Source: an uncultured bacterium (GTDB taxonomy: Bacteria > Chloroflexota > UBA5177 > JANWHV01). Taken from it: a stretch of DNA of 64,000 nt. Positions 50,241 through 60,397 of the stretch are shown here, one piece after another (the first letter of the stretch is position 1; every line of letters begins with the position of its first letter). A model generated the notes under the pieces. That model did no database searches. It was not told the origin of the DNA and saw only the letters and a list, made by a program, of their open reading frames with translations. The translations under genes and the position numbers were made by a program. Location: assembly GCA_963827235.1 (NCBI GenBank), contig CAWHAE010000008.1, positions 359,870 through 423,869 on the forward strand, read 5' to 3'.

Positions 50241-50313
50241 AATGGCAGGATCTTCAACCTCGCTGCATCGCAGCGATCTCCCCCTTTGCTCTCACCTATT
50301 GTAAGGAGGAGAG

Positions 50314-52128
50314 ATGTCACTCAAAAGTATTCTTATCGGTAGGCCCATTGAAACGGATAGGGAAAAACACGAACGTCTTCCAAAAACTCTCGGGCTGGCC
50401 GTCTTTTCGTCGGATGCACTTTCTTCCGTCGCGTATGCTACGGAGGAAATCCTTCTCGTGCTTGTGCTTGCAGGCACTACTATGCTCCACTATTCTATGC
50501 CAATTGCGATCGGGATTGCGACTCTTATCGCCATTGTCGCTATATCATATCGTCAAACCATTCATGCATATCCATCGGGCGGCGGTTCATATATTGTCGC
50601 CAAGGACAACCTTGGAATAAACACCGGCCTTGTGGCTGCGGCTGCCCTCCTTATCGACTACGTGCTTACCGTGGCCGTCAGTATAACGGCAGGAGTTGAG
50701 GCGATTACCTCGGCAGTCCCTGTCCTGCAAAACCATTCAGTCTTGCTGTGCATGGCTTCGCTGCTAGTCCTGACTGTAGGGAACCTGAGGGGCGTCAAGG
50801 AGTCCGGCAAAATATTCGCGCTGCCGACATATGTGTTCATCGGAAGCTTGGCCGCCCTGATAATCTACGGCCTCTTCAAATATTTTTATTTGCCCCATCC
50901 TCCACTGCCCGAATACAAGGCAGCCCCGGCAGGCAGCATTCTGCCGATATTCCTTATCATGCGGGCCTTTGCTTCAGGCTGCGCTGCGCTGACCGGAATA
51001 GAGGCGGTCTCGAATGGAGTGAAAGCCTTCAAAAAACCCGAGGCAAGAAACGCAAGCATCACGCTTACCTGGATGGCTGCGATCCTCGGGACCTACTTTA
51101 TAGGGATAACCTTTCTTACAAACCACTACGGTATACTTCCCAGCGAGAGCGAGACAATGCTATCGCAGCTTGCGCGCACCGTGTTTTCAAAAGGGGTCCT
51201 ATACTACATAGTGCAGATATCTACGTTCCTGATTCTCATCCTTGCCGCCAACACCTCGTTCGCCGATTTCCCACGGCTATCCTCGATAATGGCCGTGGAT
51301 GGTTACATGCCGAGGCAGCTCAGCAACCGGGGCGACAAACTTGTATTTTCAAATGGTATACTTTTGCTCAGTCTCTTCTCCGCAATCCTTATCTTAGGGT
51401 TCGGAGGCGAGACGCATGCACTCATCCCGCTTTACGCAGTCGGCGTGTTTCTTGCTTTCACATTGTCCCAGATAGGGATGGTGAAGCACTGGATCGACAA
51501 GAAGGGAAGCGGTTGGCAGAAATCGGCTGTCATCAATGGCGTAGGTGGGATTACTACTGCGCTGGTTCTGAGCGTCATCGCAGCGACGAAATTTATGCAC
51601 GGGGCATGGCTGGTCATCATAGCTATACCGACGATAGTATTCCTGACAAAGCAGGTCAAGTCACACTATCGGTCCGTTGCTGCCCAGCTCTCACTTGAAG
51701 GACATGTAAAAGAAACGGAATTCCAGCACCATTCAGTGGTAATCCCTATATCAGGAGTACAGAAAGCCGTAATACATGCAGTTAAATATGCCAAGGCGCT
51801 TTCCGACGACGTCTCTGCCGTCTACGTATGCCTGGACCAAGAGGAGACAAAAAGGATACAGGACAAATGGCAAGAATACGGGATGGGCGTTCCGCTCATA
51901 ATACTAGAATCACCGTACCGCTCGATAATGAGGCCGTTTCTCGATTTCCTGGATGAGGTGCACGCAAGATATAAAATGGGCGTTATTACCGTAATAATGC
52001 CTGAGTTCGTCCCCCAGAAATGGTGGCACCACCTGCTGCATAACCAGACCGCCCTCCTTATAAAAGGCGTGTTGACGTTCAAGAAAGGGATAGTGTCTAC
52101 AAGCGTGCCGTTCCACCTGAGCGAGTGA
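50314..52128 (+). CDS. kimA: KimA/YdaO-type potassium transporter (APC superfamily)
   Basis: LIGRP, FSSDALSSVAYATEEIL, AYPSGGGSYIV, GCAALTGIEAVSNG, LIPLYAVGVF, SPYRS, LLHNQTA. Confidence 0.92.
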   Translation: MSLKSILIGRPIETDREKHERLPKTLGLAVFSSDALSSVAYATEEILLVLVLAGTTMLHYSMPIAIGIATLIAIVAISYRQTIHAYPSGGGSYIVAKDNLGINTGLVAAAALLIDYVLTVAVSITAGVEAITSAVPVLQNHSVLLCMASLLVLTVGNLRGVKESGKIFALPTYVFIGSLAALIIYGLFKYFYLPHPPLPEYKAAPAGSILPIFLIMRAFASGCAALTGIEAVSNGVKAFKKPEARNASITLTWMAAILGTYFIGITFLTNHYGILPSESETMLSQLARTVFSKGVLYYIVQISTFLILILAANTSFADFPRLSSIMAVDGYMPRQLSNRGDKLVFSNGILLLSLFSAILILGFGGETHALIPLYAVGVFLAFTLSQIGMVKHWIDKKGSGWQKSAVINGVGGITTALVLSVIAATKFMHGAWLVIIAIPTIVFLTKQVKSHYRSVAAQLSLEGHVKETEFQHHSVVIPISGVQKAVIHAVKYAKALSDDVSAVYVCLDQEETKRIQDKWQEYGMGVPLIILESPYRSIMRPFLDFLDEVHARYKMGVITVIMPEFVPQKWWHHLLHNQTALLIKGVLTFKKGIVSTSVPFHLSE

Positions 52129-52131
52129 GCA

Positions 52132-52509
52132 TTATTCCCAGACAACGACCTTTGCACTCCATATCTCGCCGGTGCCGCCGAAAATGAACCATCCACCTTC
52201 GGGCATCGGTTCTCCTTTCGGCATTCCTTGAACGAGATCAATAAGGGCGTCTCCGCCCATTCTTCTTGCTTCATCCTGTAAGTGCTCGATGGCATCCATG
52301 ACATGATGAAACGGCCCAGTGCTTGCAATAACTGTCCCAATCACCTTGTACGTACGAGGCGCTCCGTAGGCAGCGTATATTTCTATGTTGTAATCTTCCG
52401 GCTTGACCTGTCTTTCAGCTTCGTCGTGAAGGACGCCGCGCGTGGTGGCGCAGCCGAATAGGGAATATATTAAGAAAAAGATCAACGAATACTTGATAAT
52501 GCTTCTCAT
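52132..52509 (-). CDS. hypothetical lipoprotein (YbjQ/heavy-metal-binding-like fold)
   Basis: lipobox LFGC; YKVIGTV...LQDEARRMGGDALI. Confidence 0.7.
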   Translation of the reverse strand: MRSIIKYSLIFFLIYSLFGCATTRGVLHDEAERQVKPEDYNIEIYAAYGAPRTYKVIGTVIASTGPFHHVMDAIEHLQDEARRMGGDALIDLVQGMPKGEPMPEGGWFIFGGTGEIWSAKVVVWE

Positions 52510-52777
52510 TTTATATCACCTAAAATGTGCATTGAGCCTTTCAAATAAAGACATCGATTAATATCATTATAACAACGAGAGACGATAGATATATATTACG
52601 AAGACTTCGGACAGGCATTGCGAATTAGTTGGACGTTAGCCAGACTGGGTCATATATGTAAGCCTTAGTTACCTGCAGATTTGTTAGGAAAAGTCAGAAC
52701 CGTACTGGATAAATAGATGTTGAGGGGAGGTTTTCAGACGGAACAACTTAGCGTATTCACACTGTTTTTTTCGCGAA

Positions 52778-53686
52778 TCAATTTTGTCTATATTTTGTCG
52801 AGCTGGGATCTACGGATGCCCTTCTGACGGAAAAATAGACTCCGGCCATCATTGCAGTAATTCCTATCCACTGATAACTAGATATCTCTTCTTTGAATAT
52901 TCCGATGAGCAGGATGAGGCTGAAGAAGGGGAAGGTCATTCCTAGCGAGATCGCCTTGGAGATATCCAATCGTGCAAGTCCCTCATACCAAATTATCTTA
53001 CCGACTCCAAGCAGGATAAGCCCTGTGAACAGGAGCGTGGGCCAACCTGCAAGAACGATATCGGACATATTCGACGGCTTTTCAACAATCATCGAAAGCA
53101 GCAGGATGAATAACCCGCCGATAGAAAAGCGGACGAAGAGTATCGTGGCGGGCGAAACCTGGTACAAGGCTTTCTTTGCGTAGAAATTGCCGATCGGATA
53201 TGTAGCTGTACTTGCAATGACCAGTATATCACCTATATTTAGGCTGAATTTGCCGTTGTATAAAATTAGTGCCGATCCAATAAATATACCCGAAGCGCCT
53301 ATCAGTTTTTCGATCGTGGTTTTTTCGCCTATAAGGGGGGTAAATAGCATGGTGAAAAGAATCTCCGAGAGTAACAATAACGAGGTGTTTATGCCTGACG
53401 TTTTGCTCGACCCGATAAAGAACAGTATGTAAGGAATTATGACGATGCACAAGGTAATCATGAGAAGTGAAGCATATGCTTCCTTCTTTCTGAGTTCGCC
53501 AAGTTTTCGGCTTATTGCTATGTAGGCGAATGCGCCGGCTGAGGCTAAAAGTGTGGAAATCGCCGCAAACGCCAACGCAGGAATACGATGCGAGCCCCGA
53601 TTGACTATCACCGGGAATATACCCCACAGCACGGCACTGAACAAGACGAGAATCACTCCCTTTGTTTCCTGTCTGGTGGGTTTCAT
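52778..53686 (-). CDS. DMT/EamA family transporter
   Basis: ten TM helices, LWG, GEK, GDIL, FKEEIS. Confidence 0.88.
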   Translation of the reverse strand: MKPTRQETKGVILVLFSAVLWGIFPVIVNRGSHRIPALAFAAISTLLASAGAFAYIAISRKLGELRKKEAYASLLMITLCIVIIPYILFFIGSSKTSGINTSLLLLSEILFTMLFTPLIGEKTTIEKLIGASGIFIGSALILYNGKFSLNIGDILVIASTATYPIGNFYAKKALYQVSPATILFVRFSIGGLFILLLSMIVEKPSNMSDIVLAGWPTLLFTGLILLGVGKIIWYEGLARLDISKAISLGMTFPFFSLILLIGIFKEEISSYQWIGITAMMAGVYFSVRRASVDPSSTKYRQN

Positions 53687-53803
53687 TAATATTGATTGGA
53701 CTATCGGCTCAGCCTGTTAGATGAATTACAAACTAATGACGTGGATATTCTGACCATTTCGGACGTCTATACTTCGGACGGAACAACCCAATTCTTACAG
53801 TTC

Positions 53804-54667
53804 TTAGAGGCCATTTTTATGGAGCAGAAAAACAGCAACCGATGCGCATAGACAATATATTCCAAAAAGATGCCAGCGGCCGTGTTCCAGCCAATTGGAA
53901 AGCCACCGAAGGGCCAACATGCCAGAAATAAAGCTCAGCATCATGCCCAGCAGGCTGGGATAAAAAAGACCTGCCACGCTTGTCATGTCCTGCAAAGACG
54001 CATGCTGTGCCTTCAGCAGTCTCAAAACCTCTCGTATGATAATTGGTGGTGTAAGCACAACTGCAAGAGCGAAACTAAACTCTTCAACTTTAGCCTTTGT
54101 GATCCCTAATAGAAGTCCTGTTGATATTGTTGCCCCGGAACGTGAAAATCCCCGAAATGGCAAACACAGACCCTGCACCGCTCCGATCCACAAAGCTTCG
54201 TTTATGTCCAAAGGGGTATGCCCATTGGGCGAACGACGACTTTTCCATCCCGAGAAGATTATTACCGCGCCCACTGCCGCAAGTGCTGTCGAGATAAGAG
54301 TTAAGTTGCCGAAAAGAAGTTCAATCTCTGCATGGGGGACATTCCCTAATATGAATCTTTCAATCAGGGACTTCAGAAATAATCCGATAACACCTGTCAA
54401 TAATGTAGCTACCATAATAAGTCTTACCGAAACCAAGAATGTATGCCGTGAAGAAAAGAAACTTTTTTTCCACGACTTCCAGAAAAAAATGATGACCGCG
54501 AACATCGTACCTGTGTGGAGCATTACCAGAAGAAGCGTCATCTCAGGACTGGTGGGGTCAAGTCCCATCAATTTTTCTGCAATAATGACATGCGCTGAAC
54601 TTGATATCGGCAACAGTTCAGCGGCCCCTTGGACCAGAGCAAGGACGAGAATCTTCAATAAAGTCAT
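53804..54667 (-). CDS. uppP: undecaprenyl-diphosphate phosphatase
   Basis: VQGAAELLPISSSAH, LHTGT, GFSRSGATIS. Confidence 0.93.
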   Translation of the reverse strand: MTLLKILVLALVQGAAELLPISSSAHVIIAEKLMGLDPTSPEMTLLLVMLHTGTMFAVIIFFWKSWKKSFFSSRHTFLVSVRLIMVATLLTGVIGLFLKSLIERFILGNVPHAEIELLFGNLTLISTALAAVGAVIIFSGWKSRRSPNGHTPLDINEALWIGAVQGLCLPFRGFSRSGATISTGLLLGITKAKVEEFSFALAVVLTPPIIIREVLRLLKAQHASLQDMTSVAGLFYPSLLGMMLSFISGMLALRWLSNWLEHGRWHLFGIYCLCASVAVFLLHKNGL

Positions 54668-54741
54668 ATGATTTAACCTCGATTGGTTAGCATTGGAAAT
54701 GTTCTACCGTCGAACTCCACGATAACTCTCTTAAGTATATC

Positions 54742-55218
54742 TTATTTGCTATCTGCCCTGCCGGCATTCTCCAATCTATCAAGAATCTTGAGCATGAGAT
54801 CGTTCTGACGTTCCAGATGCAAGAGAATTGTTTCAATTTCTTTTTCCGCTTTTACATTGACTTCAAAGTCTGATTCGGCTCTTTTTTCAGCATGTCTGCC
54901 TTGGAGATTTTGACCTATCATAATCAGCGGCATTAAGAATATCTGTAAAACATTGGATAGAAACAGCCATAAGACAAAAGCCGGGAATGGATCAAACCTT
55001 GACTCGATTGGCCCGAGAGTATTCCATCCTAGCCAAACAATTGTCCATACAAAGACAATAATGAAGAACCCCATTGAGCCGACCTTGTTAGTGATCCAGA
55101 CAGCTGAACGTTCCAACCGACTCAGGCTTTTGTTGTGCTCAATATTGACATTTCTGATCTGTTTATGCAGCTTTTCCTTTTTTAGTTCTTCATGAGTTAA
55201 TAATCGGTTGTCGTTCAT
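54742..55218 (-). CDS. DUF1003 family membrane protein
   Basis: VGSMGF, FDPFPAFVL, PLIMIGQN, DFEVNVKAEKEI. Confidence 0.85.
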   Translation of the reverse strand: MNDNRLLTHEELKKEKLHKQIRNVNIEHNKSLSRLERSAVWITNKVGSMGFFIIVFVWTIVWLGWNTLGPIESRFDPFPAFVLWLFLSNVLQIFLMPLIMIGQNLQGRHAEKRAESDFEVNVKAEKEIETILLHLERQNDLMLKILDRLENAGRADSK

Positions 55219-55661
55219 TCATCTCTCCCAGTATGAATATGTATACGGTGGTTCCATCTGTATCTCAACCATTATAACAGGCTTGGCACGGATTTTACGG
55301 AGGAGTTCGGACACAGATAAAAAGAAACTGTCTTTATCGCACGTACCTGTCATAAAAATGACGATATTAAGCTAAACTGTATGCGTAACTGCCTCTGGCA
55401 TTGTGGGAAAATCTTTCCTTAGACGTAAGAAATTGGAAAATACTGCCGCACAAGTGTTAGGTGGAAAAGTAGAGGCAAAGGTGGGAAGCCGGGAGTGAAA
55501 AAGAAAATGATCTATTTATTTTAAGTGGTTAGTCTTTTAACCGTTGCTTATTTATCATCTATCGAGCTATTTAGGCATAAGACTTGCTATACCACATACA
55601 GCGTAAGGGTTGTATGGCAAGCAGACGTGATAGTAAACATTTGCCTACAAATGGAGGTATC

Positions 55662-56366
55662 ATGGCAATGTATAAATTCCCCGGATTATTTGATGATCTT
55701 AGGAAAATGCAGATGTTTTCGGCGTTAAGTGATGAGGAGATGGGAGATATCGTTGGGAAAATAGTGGTTAAATATTATCCCAAAGACGACGTGATTTTGT
55801 GGGAAGGTGATACTAATTCTTATATGTATCTTATAATGTCTGGTAGGGTCAAGGTTGTGCAGATGACCGAAGATGGGAAAGAGATTATCAGTGCTATCCA
55901 TGCTGTTGGAGATTCATTCGGGGAATTGTCGTTACTAGATTGCAAGACTTCCCCTGCCGAGGTTGTAGCAATAGAGGACACTTCAGCTGCCATTATTAGC
56001 CGAGAAAATTTCTTTTCTATTATTTATTCACAGAAAAAGGTGCTTGATAATTTAATTCAAATGTTTTGTATGAGACTTAGGGATTCCTGTGAAAGAGTAC
56101 AGATGGTTAATTTTAAGAACTCAGAGCAGCGGCTAACCATGCTTTTTCAGAAATTCTCCGCCTCTCATGGTGAACCAGTTGCGGAAGGGACTTTATTGAA
56201 CATCAGGTTAACTCACCAAATAATGGCTTCTATGACGGGCCTAAGTCGTGAGACGGTGACAAGAACAATTGATGCATTACAGAAGGAGAAGAGCATAAAG
56301 ATTCGGAAGGGAGACAGGAAGGTGATTCTACTCCCTGACTTCTTGAAATTAAAGTTGGTTGCATGA
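55662..56366 (+). CDS. Crp/Fnr family transcriptional regulator
   Basis: cNMP-binding domain (SGRVKV, GDSFGELSLLD) and HTH LTHQIMASMTGLSRETVTR; GGAGG RBS. Confidence 0.92.
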   Translation: MAMYKFPGLFDDLRKMQMFSALSDEEMGDIVGKIVVKYYPKDDVILWEGDTNSYMYLIMSGRVKVVQMTEDGKEIISAIHAVGDSFGELSLLDCKTSPAEVVAIEDTSAAIISRENFFSIIYSQKKVLDNLIQMFCMRLRDSCERVQMVNFKNSEQRLTMLFQKFSASHGEPVAEGTLLNIRLTHQIMASMTGLSRETVTRTIDALQKEKSIKIRKGDRKVILLPDFLKLKLVA

Positions 56367-57109
56367 TCAGTTTTTACTCATGCTTATTCCATACAACAAG
56401 TATTCTGATTATCACCAGTTGCGTGCTTGGAACGCGCTAAAAGTGCTAGCAGCATTTCAGCCTGACGCGTCTCAGTATCCTTGCGCGAGGTATTGAAGAT
56501 TCTCCCTCAGTCCTAACATCCTAGCCGTGGTGCCAGCTTCGATGGGCTTGTAGTTGATGTCGTACACCTGCGTCTGGAATGAAAGCTTCAGGCTGTCTCT
56601 CTTGTCCTGCTGGATAGCTGCAGCAGAAGTGATCTTCCTGAAATCTTAGGTTTCATATAGCATGTTGCACAGTTTTTTCCCATCGCTGTCGAGGAAGGGC
56701 GCTGTAGCAATCTTTTGTAACAAGGAAGGTGGAGGCACCACTTACAAGACCGAGCGATGAGGTTACCACCGCAAAGACACCCAATATTGCTAAAAATGAA
56801 CGATGTCTCATACAATACTCCTTCATCTTCATCAGCTGTGTATCCCGACTGATTCAAAAAATCTCTTCTATAGATAAGCATGCCTGAAACAGAGGGTATT
56901 GCATATACTGAGCTCGATGTCGAGTGAATCAGACAGCTGGTGTTTCTCTTTCGTCCGAAATTGACGATAGCGGAGCGCCTTGAAAAAGCATCTTAAAATG
57001 TACATCGACCATCGGAAAGTCGTGCATGCTATGCCGAAATAGCATTGAGCCGCTTTTGCTGGTAATATTATAAATATCAAATTAGAATTTTTGATCACAG
57101 GAGGTTTAT

Positions 57110-57454
57110 ATGAAGAATGATGATGTTGTCAAAGTTGGGGCGGCATTTTTGATCGGCGGCACGATAGGCGCGGCCATTGCACTTCTCTACGCGCCGCAAT
57201 CGGGCCGCGAGACAAGAAAGGACATTAAACGGACGGCAAGGCGGGTAAAGAACGAGGCCGTCGACCTTGTCGAAGATACCATCGACAGGGTTGATGATTT
57301 TGTTGATGAGACAAAAGACAGGGTGACCGAACTTATCGACAGGGGTGTCGAGCTTTCCGGCGCAGCAAAGAAGGAGATCGTCAAATCGCTTGAGCAGGGA
57401 CAGAAGGCCCTTGAGAAACAGAAGAACAGGGTCATGGAGGCGGTTGGCCTTTAA
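57110..57454 (+). CDS. YtxH domain protein
   Basis: FLIGGTIGAAIALLYAPQSGRETR. Confidence 0.88.
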   Translation: MKNDDVVKVGAAFLIGGTIGAAIALLYAPQSGRETRKDIKRTARRVKNEAVDLVEDTIDRVDDFVDETKDRVTELIDRGVELSGAAKKEIVKSLEQGQKALEKQKNRVMEAVGL

Positions 57455-57472
57455 ACGTCCCCAAGTGATTCA

Positions 57473-59842
57473 ATGATATCACTCCACACACTCTCTTTGC
57501 TCGAATTCGACAAGCTTCTCAGGATCATCGCAGGTTTTGCAAACAGCGGCGCCACGGAAGCTGCTGTTGCGAAACTTGCACCTTTGTCTGACAAACGGGA
57601 AATCTCGCGAAGGCAGCGTGAGACAGGAGATATCTTAAGGCTCTCATCACAGGGCATCTCGCTCGGACTGTCGCAGTTTCCCGATATCGGTGGTCTTTTT
57701 TTAAAGGCGCGACCTGAGGGGTCAGTGCTAGAAGGAGTCGAACTTGCAGGTTTCACGCCGGTTCTTGAACTGATCTCGGACATTGCTGAAAATCTTGGAC
57801 TGCGAGAAGACATCCCTTCCCTTCGACAGCTCGCAGAAGGGCTTACAGGTTTTCCGGACATTCTGAAGGTACTCAAAAAGTCCGTCGACAGTCAGGGTGC
57901 TATTCTGGATACGGCTTCTTCAACCCTTGCCGGCATACGCGCCGAGATACGCAGGATCGAGTCCCGAATCAGGAAAAAGCTCGAAGACATGACGAGAAGC
58001 GAGGATGTATCAGTATTTTTGCAGGACGATTTCGTCACAACGAGGTCGGGCAGATGGGTCATCCCTGTAAGGATGGATTCGAAGGGCCAGGTCGCCGGAG
58101 TCGTGCATGATGTGTCGAAATCGGGTGAGACGGCCTTTGTGGAACCGATTGCGATTATAGGCCTCTCGAACGAACTTGAGAATCTGACTGCTGAGGAGAA
58201 GGCCGAAGAGATACGCATTCTGCGCAGCATATCTGCGCGGATACGCGAACAACTGGTCGAGATCGAGGAGCAGTTCAAGCTCCTAGTGTATATCGACATG
58301 CTGAATTGTATATACCGCTTGGCCGTCCTCCTGAGGATGGAGATTCCCGAGATCAACGAATCCGGACTTATCAATCTTGTCAATGGCAGTCATCCGCTCC
58401 TTTCCCTCAGCTTTCAGAAGCACGGCACGGGCAGGCATGTAGTCCCACTTTCCGTTCGGCTTGGCGGTGATGATGCGGTCATGGTCATTACAGGCTCTAA
58501 TGCGGGGGGCAAAACCATATCTATAAAAACAATTGGGCTTCTGGCTCTGATGGCTCTCACAGGTATGCCTGTTCCGGCCGATTCGTCATCTAGTTTCCCG
58601 CTGATAAGCGATCTGCTGATAGATATAGGCGACGAACAATCGATCGAGAACGACCTTTCGACCTTTTCGGCGCACATAGCGCATATATCAGAGATATTGA
58701 AAAAGGCTGACCCTAAGGCGCTTGTGCTGCTTGACGAACTAGGCACCGGTACAGACCCGGTCGAGGGTGCAGCACTGGCCTGCGCTGTGCTGAACGAGAT
58801 AAAGGAAAGAGGCGCACTCCTTTTTGCAACAACGCACCTTATGGATATCAAGGGATTTGTGCACAGGACCGCCGGTATGCTCAATGCGTCCATGGAATTC
58901 GATCAGAATACCCTGTCGCCACTCTTTCGGCTGAGGGTTGGAGAACCGGGGCAATCTCATGCTATCGAGATCGCCAGGAGATACGGGCTGCCGGATCGGG
59001 TGGTCGATTCGGCAAAAGCACTACTTGGAGGTGTGAAGGTCGAATTCGACAATCTCATAAGTGACCTGACCGAAAAGAGGTCGTATTACGAGAACGCCAT
59101 AGGCGAGATCAAGAGGCAAAAGTTGGAACTGGAAGAAAAGAGAAAGGACCTGGATGAGTTGACTGCGACAGCTAAGCGTGAGCGCGATGTCGTGCTGGCA
59201 AATGCATACCGGGAGTCGTCCGAGCTTGCGGGTGCTGTAAAAAGAGAGCTTTATGAACTCCTCGAAGCTGCGAAGAAGGCTGAAAAAGAGAAGATCAGAG
59301 AATCGTTGAAGATAGCGGACACAAAGAAGCAGGAGATCGACAAGACCCTAGTTGCCCAGATGCCTGAGGAGGCTGGGTCTCTTTCTATAGAATCGATAAG
59401 GAAAGGCGATCTCGTCTATGTAAGATCCATCGATCTGGACGCACAAGTAGTAGATGTCGACCGTCGACATGAGCGGATCAGGGTAAAATATGGGAGTGTC
59501 GAGGTCGAGATCCCATTTACCGGTATTCAGAAGAAAAAAGGCAAGAGCGTCTGCGCCGGCAGGCAGACAGGAGAACTCCCGCAAGCCGTATCTGAAAGAG
59601 CAGCGATAAGCATCAACATAATAGGGCTGCGTGTAGATGATGCTTTGTCGCGAATCGAACCTTTTCTAAACCATGCGGCATTGGCAGGGTTGCGTGAGGT
59701 GGTGATAATCCATGGTGTCGGGGCAGGCATTCTCATGAGAGCGGTAAGGGAACATCTCCAGGGCCATCCTCTGGTAACAGGTTTCCGCAGTGGCGAGCAG
59801 CATGAAGGCGGCAGAGGCGTGACGGTTGTTACACTCAAATAA
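57473..59842 (+). CDS. mutS2: endonuclease MutS2
   Basis: LEFDK, HD.SKSGET.FVEP, ITGSNAGGKT, DIGDEQSI, LDELGTGTDP, C-terminal Smr domain IIHGVGAG. Confidence 0.96.
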   Translation: MISLHTLSLLEFDKLLRIIAGFANSGATEAAVAKLAPLSDKREISRRQRETGDILRLSSQGISLGLSQFPDIGGLFLKARPEGSVLEGVELAGFTPVLELISDIAENLGLREDIPSLRQLAEGLTGFPDILKVLKKSVDSQGAILDTASSTLAGIRAEIRRIESRIRKKLEDMTRSEDVSVFLQDDFVTTRSGRWVIPVRMDSKGQVAGVVHDVSKSGETAFVEPIAIIGLSNELENLTAEEKAEEIRILRSISARIREQLVEIEEQFKLLVYIDMLNCIYRLAVLLRMEIPEINESGLINLVNGSHPLLSLSFQKHGTGRHVVPLSVRLGGDDAVMVITGSNAGGKTISIKTIGLLALMALTGMPVPADSSSSFPLISDLLIDIGDEQSIENDLSTFSAHIAHISEILKKADPKALVLLDELGTGTDPVEGAALACAVLNEIKERGALLFATTHLMDIKGFVHRTAGMLNASMEFDQNTLSPLFRLRVGEPGQSHAIEIARRYGLPDRVVDSAKALLGGVKVEFDNLISDLTEKRSYYENAIGEIKRQKLELEEKRKDLDELTATAKRERDVVLANAYRESSELAGAVKRELYELLEAAKKAEKEKIRESLKIADTKKQEIDKTLVAQMPEEAGSLSIESIRKGDLVYVRSIDLDAQVVDVDRRHERIRVKYGSVEVEIPFTGIQKKKGKSVCAGRQTGELPQAVSERAAISINIIGLRVDDALSRIEPFLNHAALAGLREVVIIHGVGAGILMRAVREHLQGHPLVTGFRSGEQHEGGRGVTVVTLK

Positions 59843-59938
59843 TAGAATTGCACCGTAAAGTCCCGACTGATCAGATGGAGGCCCTTCGAAACGCACCGAC
59901 TTTCAATGATTACGTCCTTCCCTGTAAAATAATAGATT

Positions 59939-60397
59939 ATGGAAAAGAAACATTTTGTGGATATTTTTGCGGATGGGGCATGCAGCGGCAATCCTGGACC
60001 CGGCGGGTTCGGAGCCATTCTGAGATCGGGCGCAAAGGAAAGAGAGATATCCGGCTGCGAGTCTCACACTACGAACAACCGCATGGAACTTATGGGCGTT
60101 ATCTCTGCAATCGAAGCTCTCAAAAAGCCCTGCAGGATCAAGGTGACGACGGATTCGAACTATATCGTCAAGGGAATGACGGAGTGGATAAATGGTTGGA
60201 TCAGGAACAACTGGCGCAACTCGCAGAAGAAGGAGGTCCTGAACAGGGACCTTTGGGAAAGGCTCCTCCAGGTCTCGAAAGGGCATGACATTGAATGGGT
60301 CTGGATCAAGGGACACAACGGCCATGTCGAAAACGAGCGCTGCGATGAACTAGCGCGACAGGAAATAGAGAAGTTCAGAAGATCGGCCGCGCGATGA
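59939..60397 (+). CDS. rnhA: ribonuclease HI
   Basis: [37 protein letters not shown]. Confidence 0.97.
   Translation: MEKKHFVDIFADGACSGNPGPGGFGAILRSGAKEREISGCESHTTNNRMELMGVISAIEALKKPCRIKVTTDSNYIVKGMTEWINGWIRNNWRNSQKKEVLNRDLWERLLQVSKGHDIEWVWIKGHNGHVENERCDELARQEIEKFRRSAAR

Noticed and set aside
52510-55320. Classical integron cassette array
   Set aside because: No convincing RYYYAAC...GTTRRRY attC hairpins and no intI; two of the genes have their own TGTTATAAT promoters
55356-55364. Target of the TnpB guide (AAATGACGA match upstream of crp)
   Set aside because: Only 9 nt match, which is expected by chance, and the TnpB is not catalytically dead
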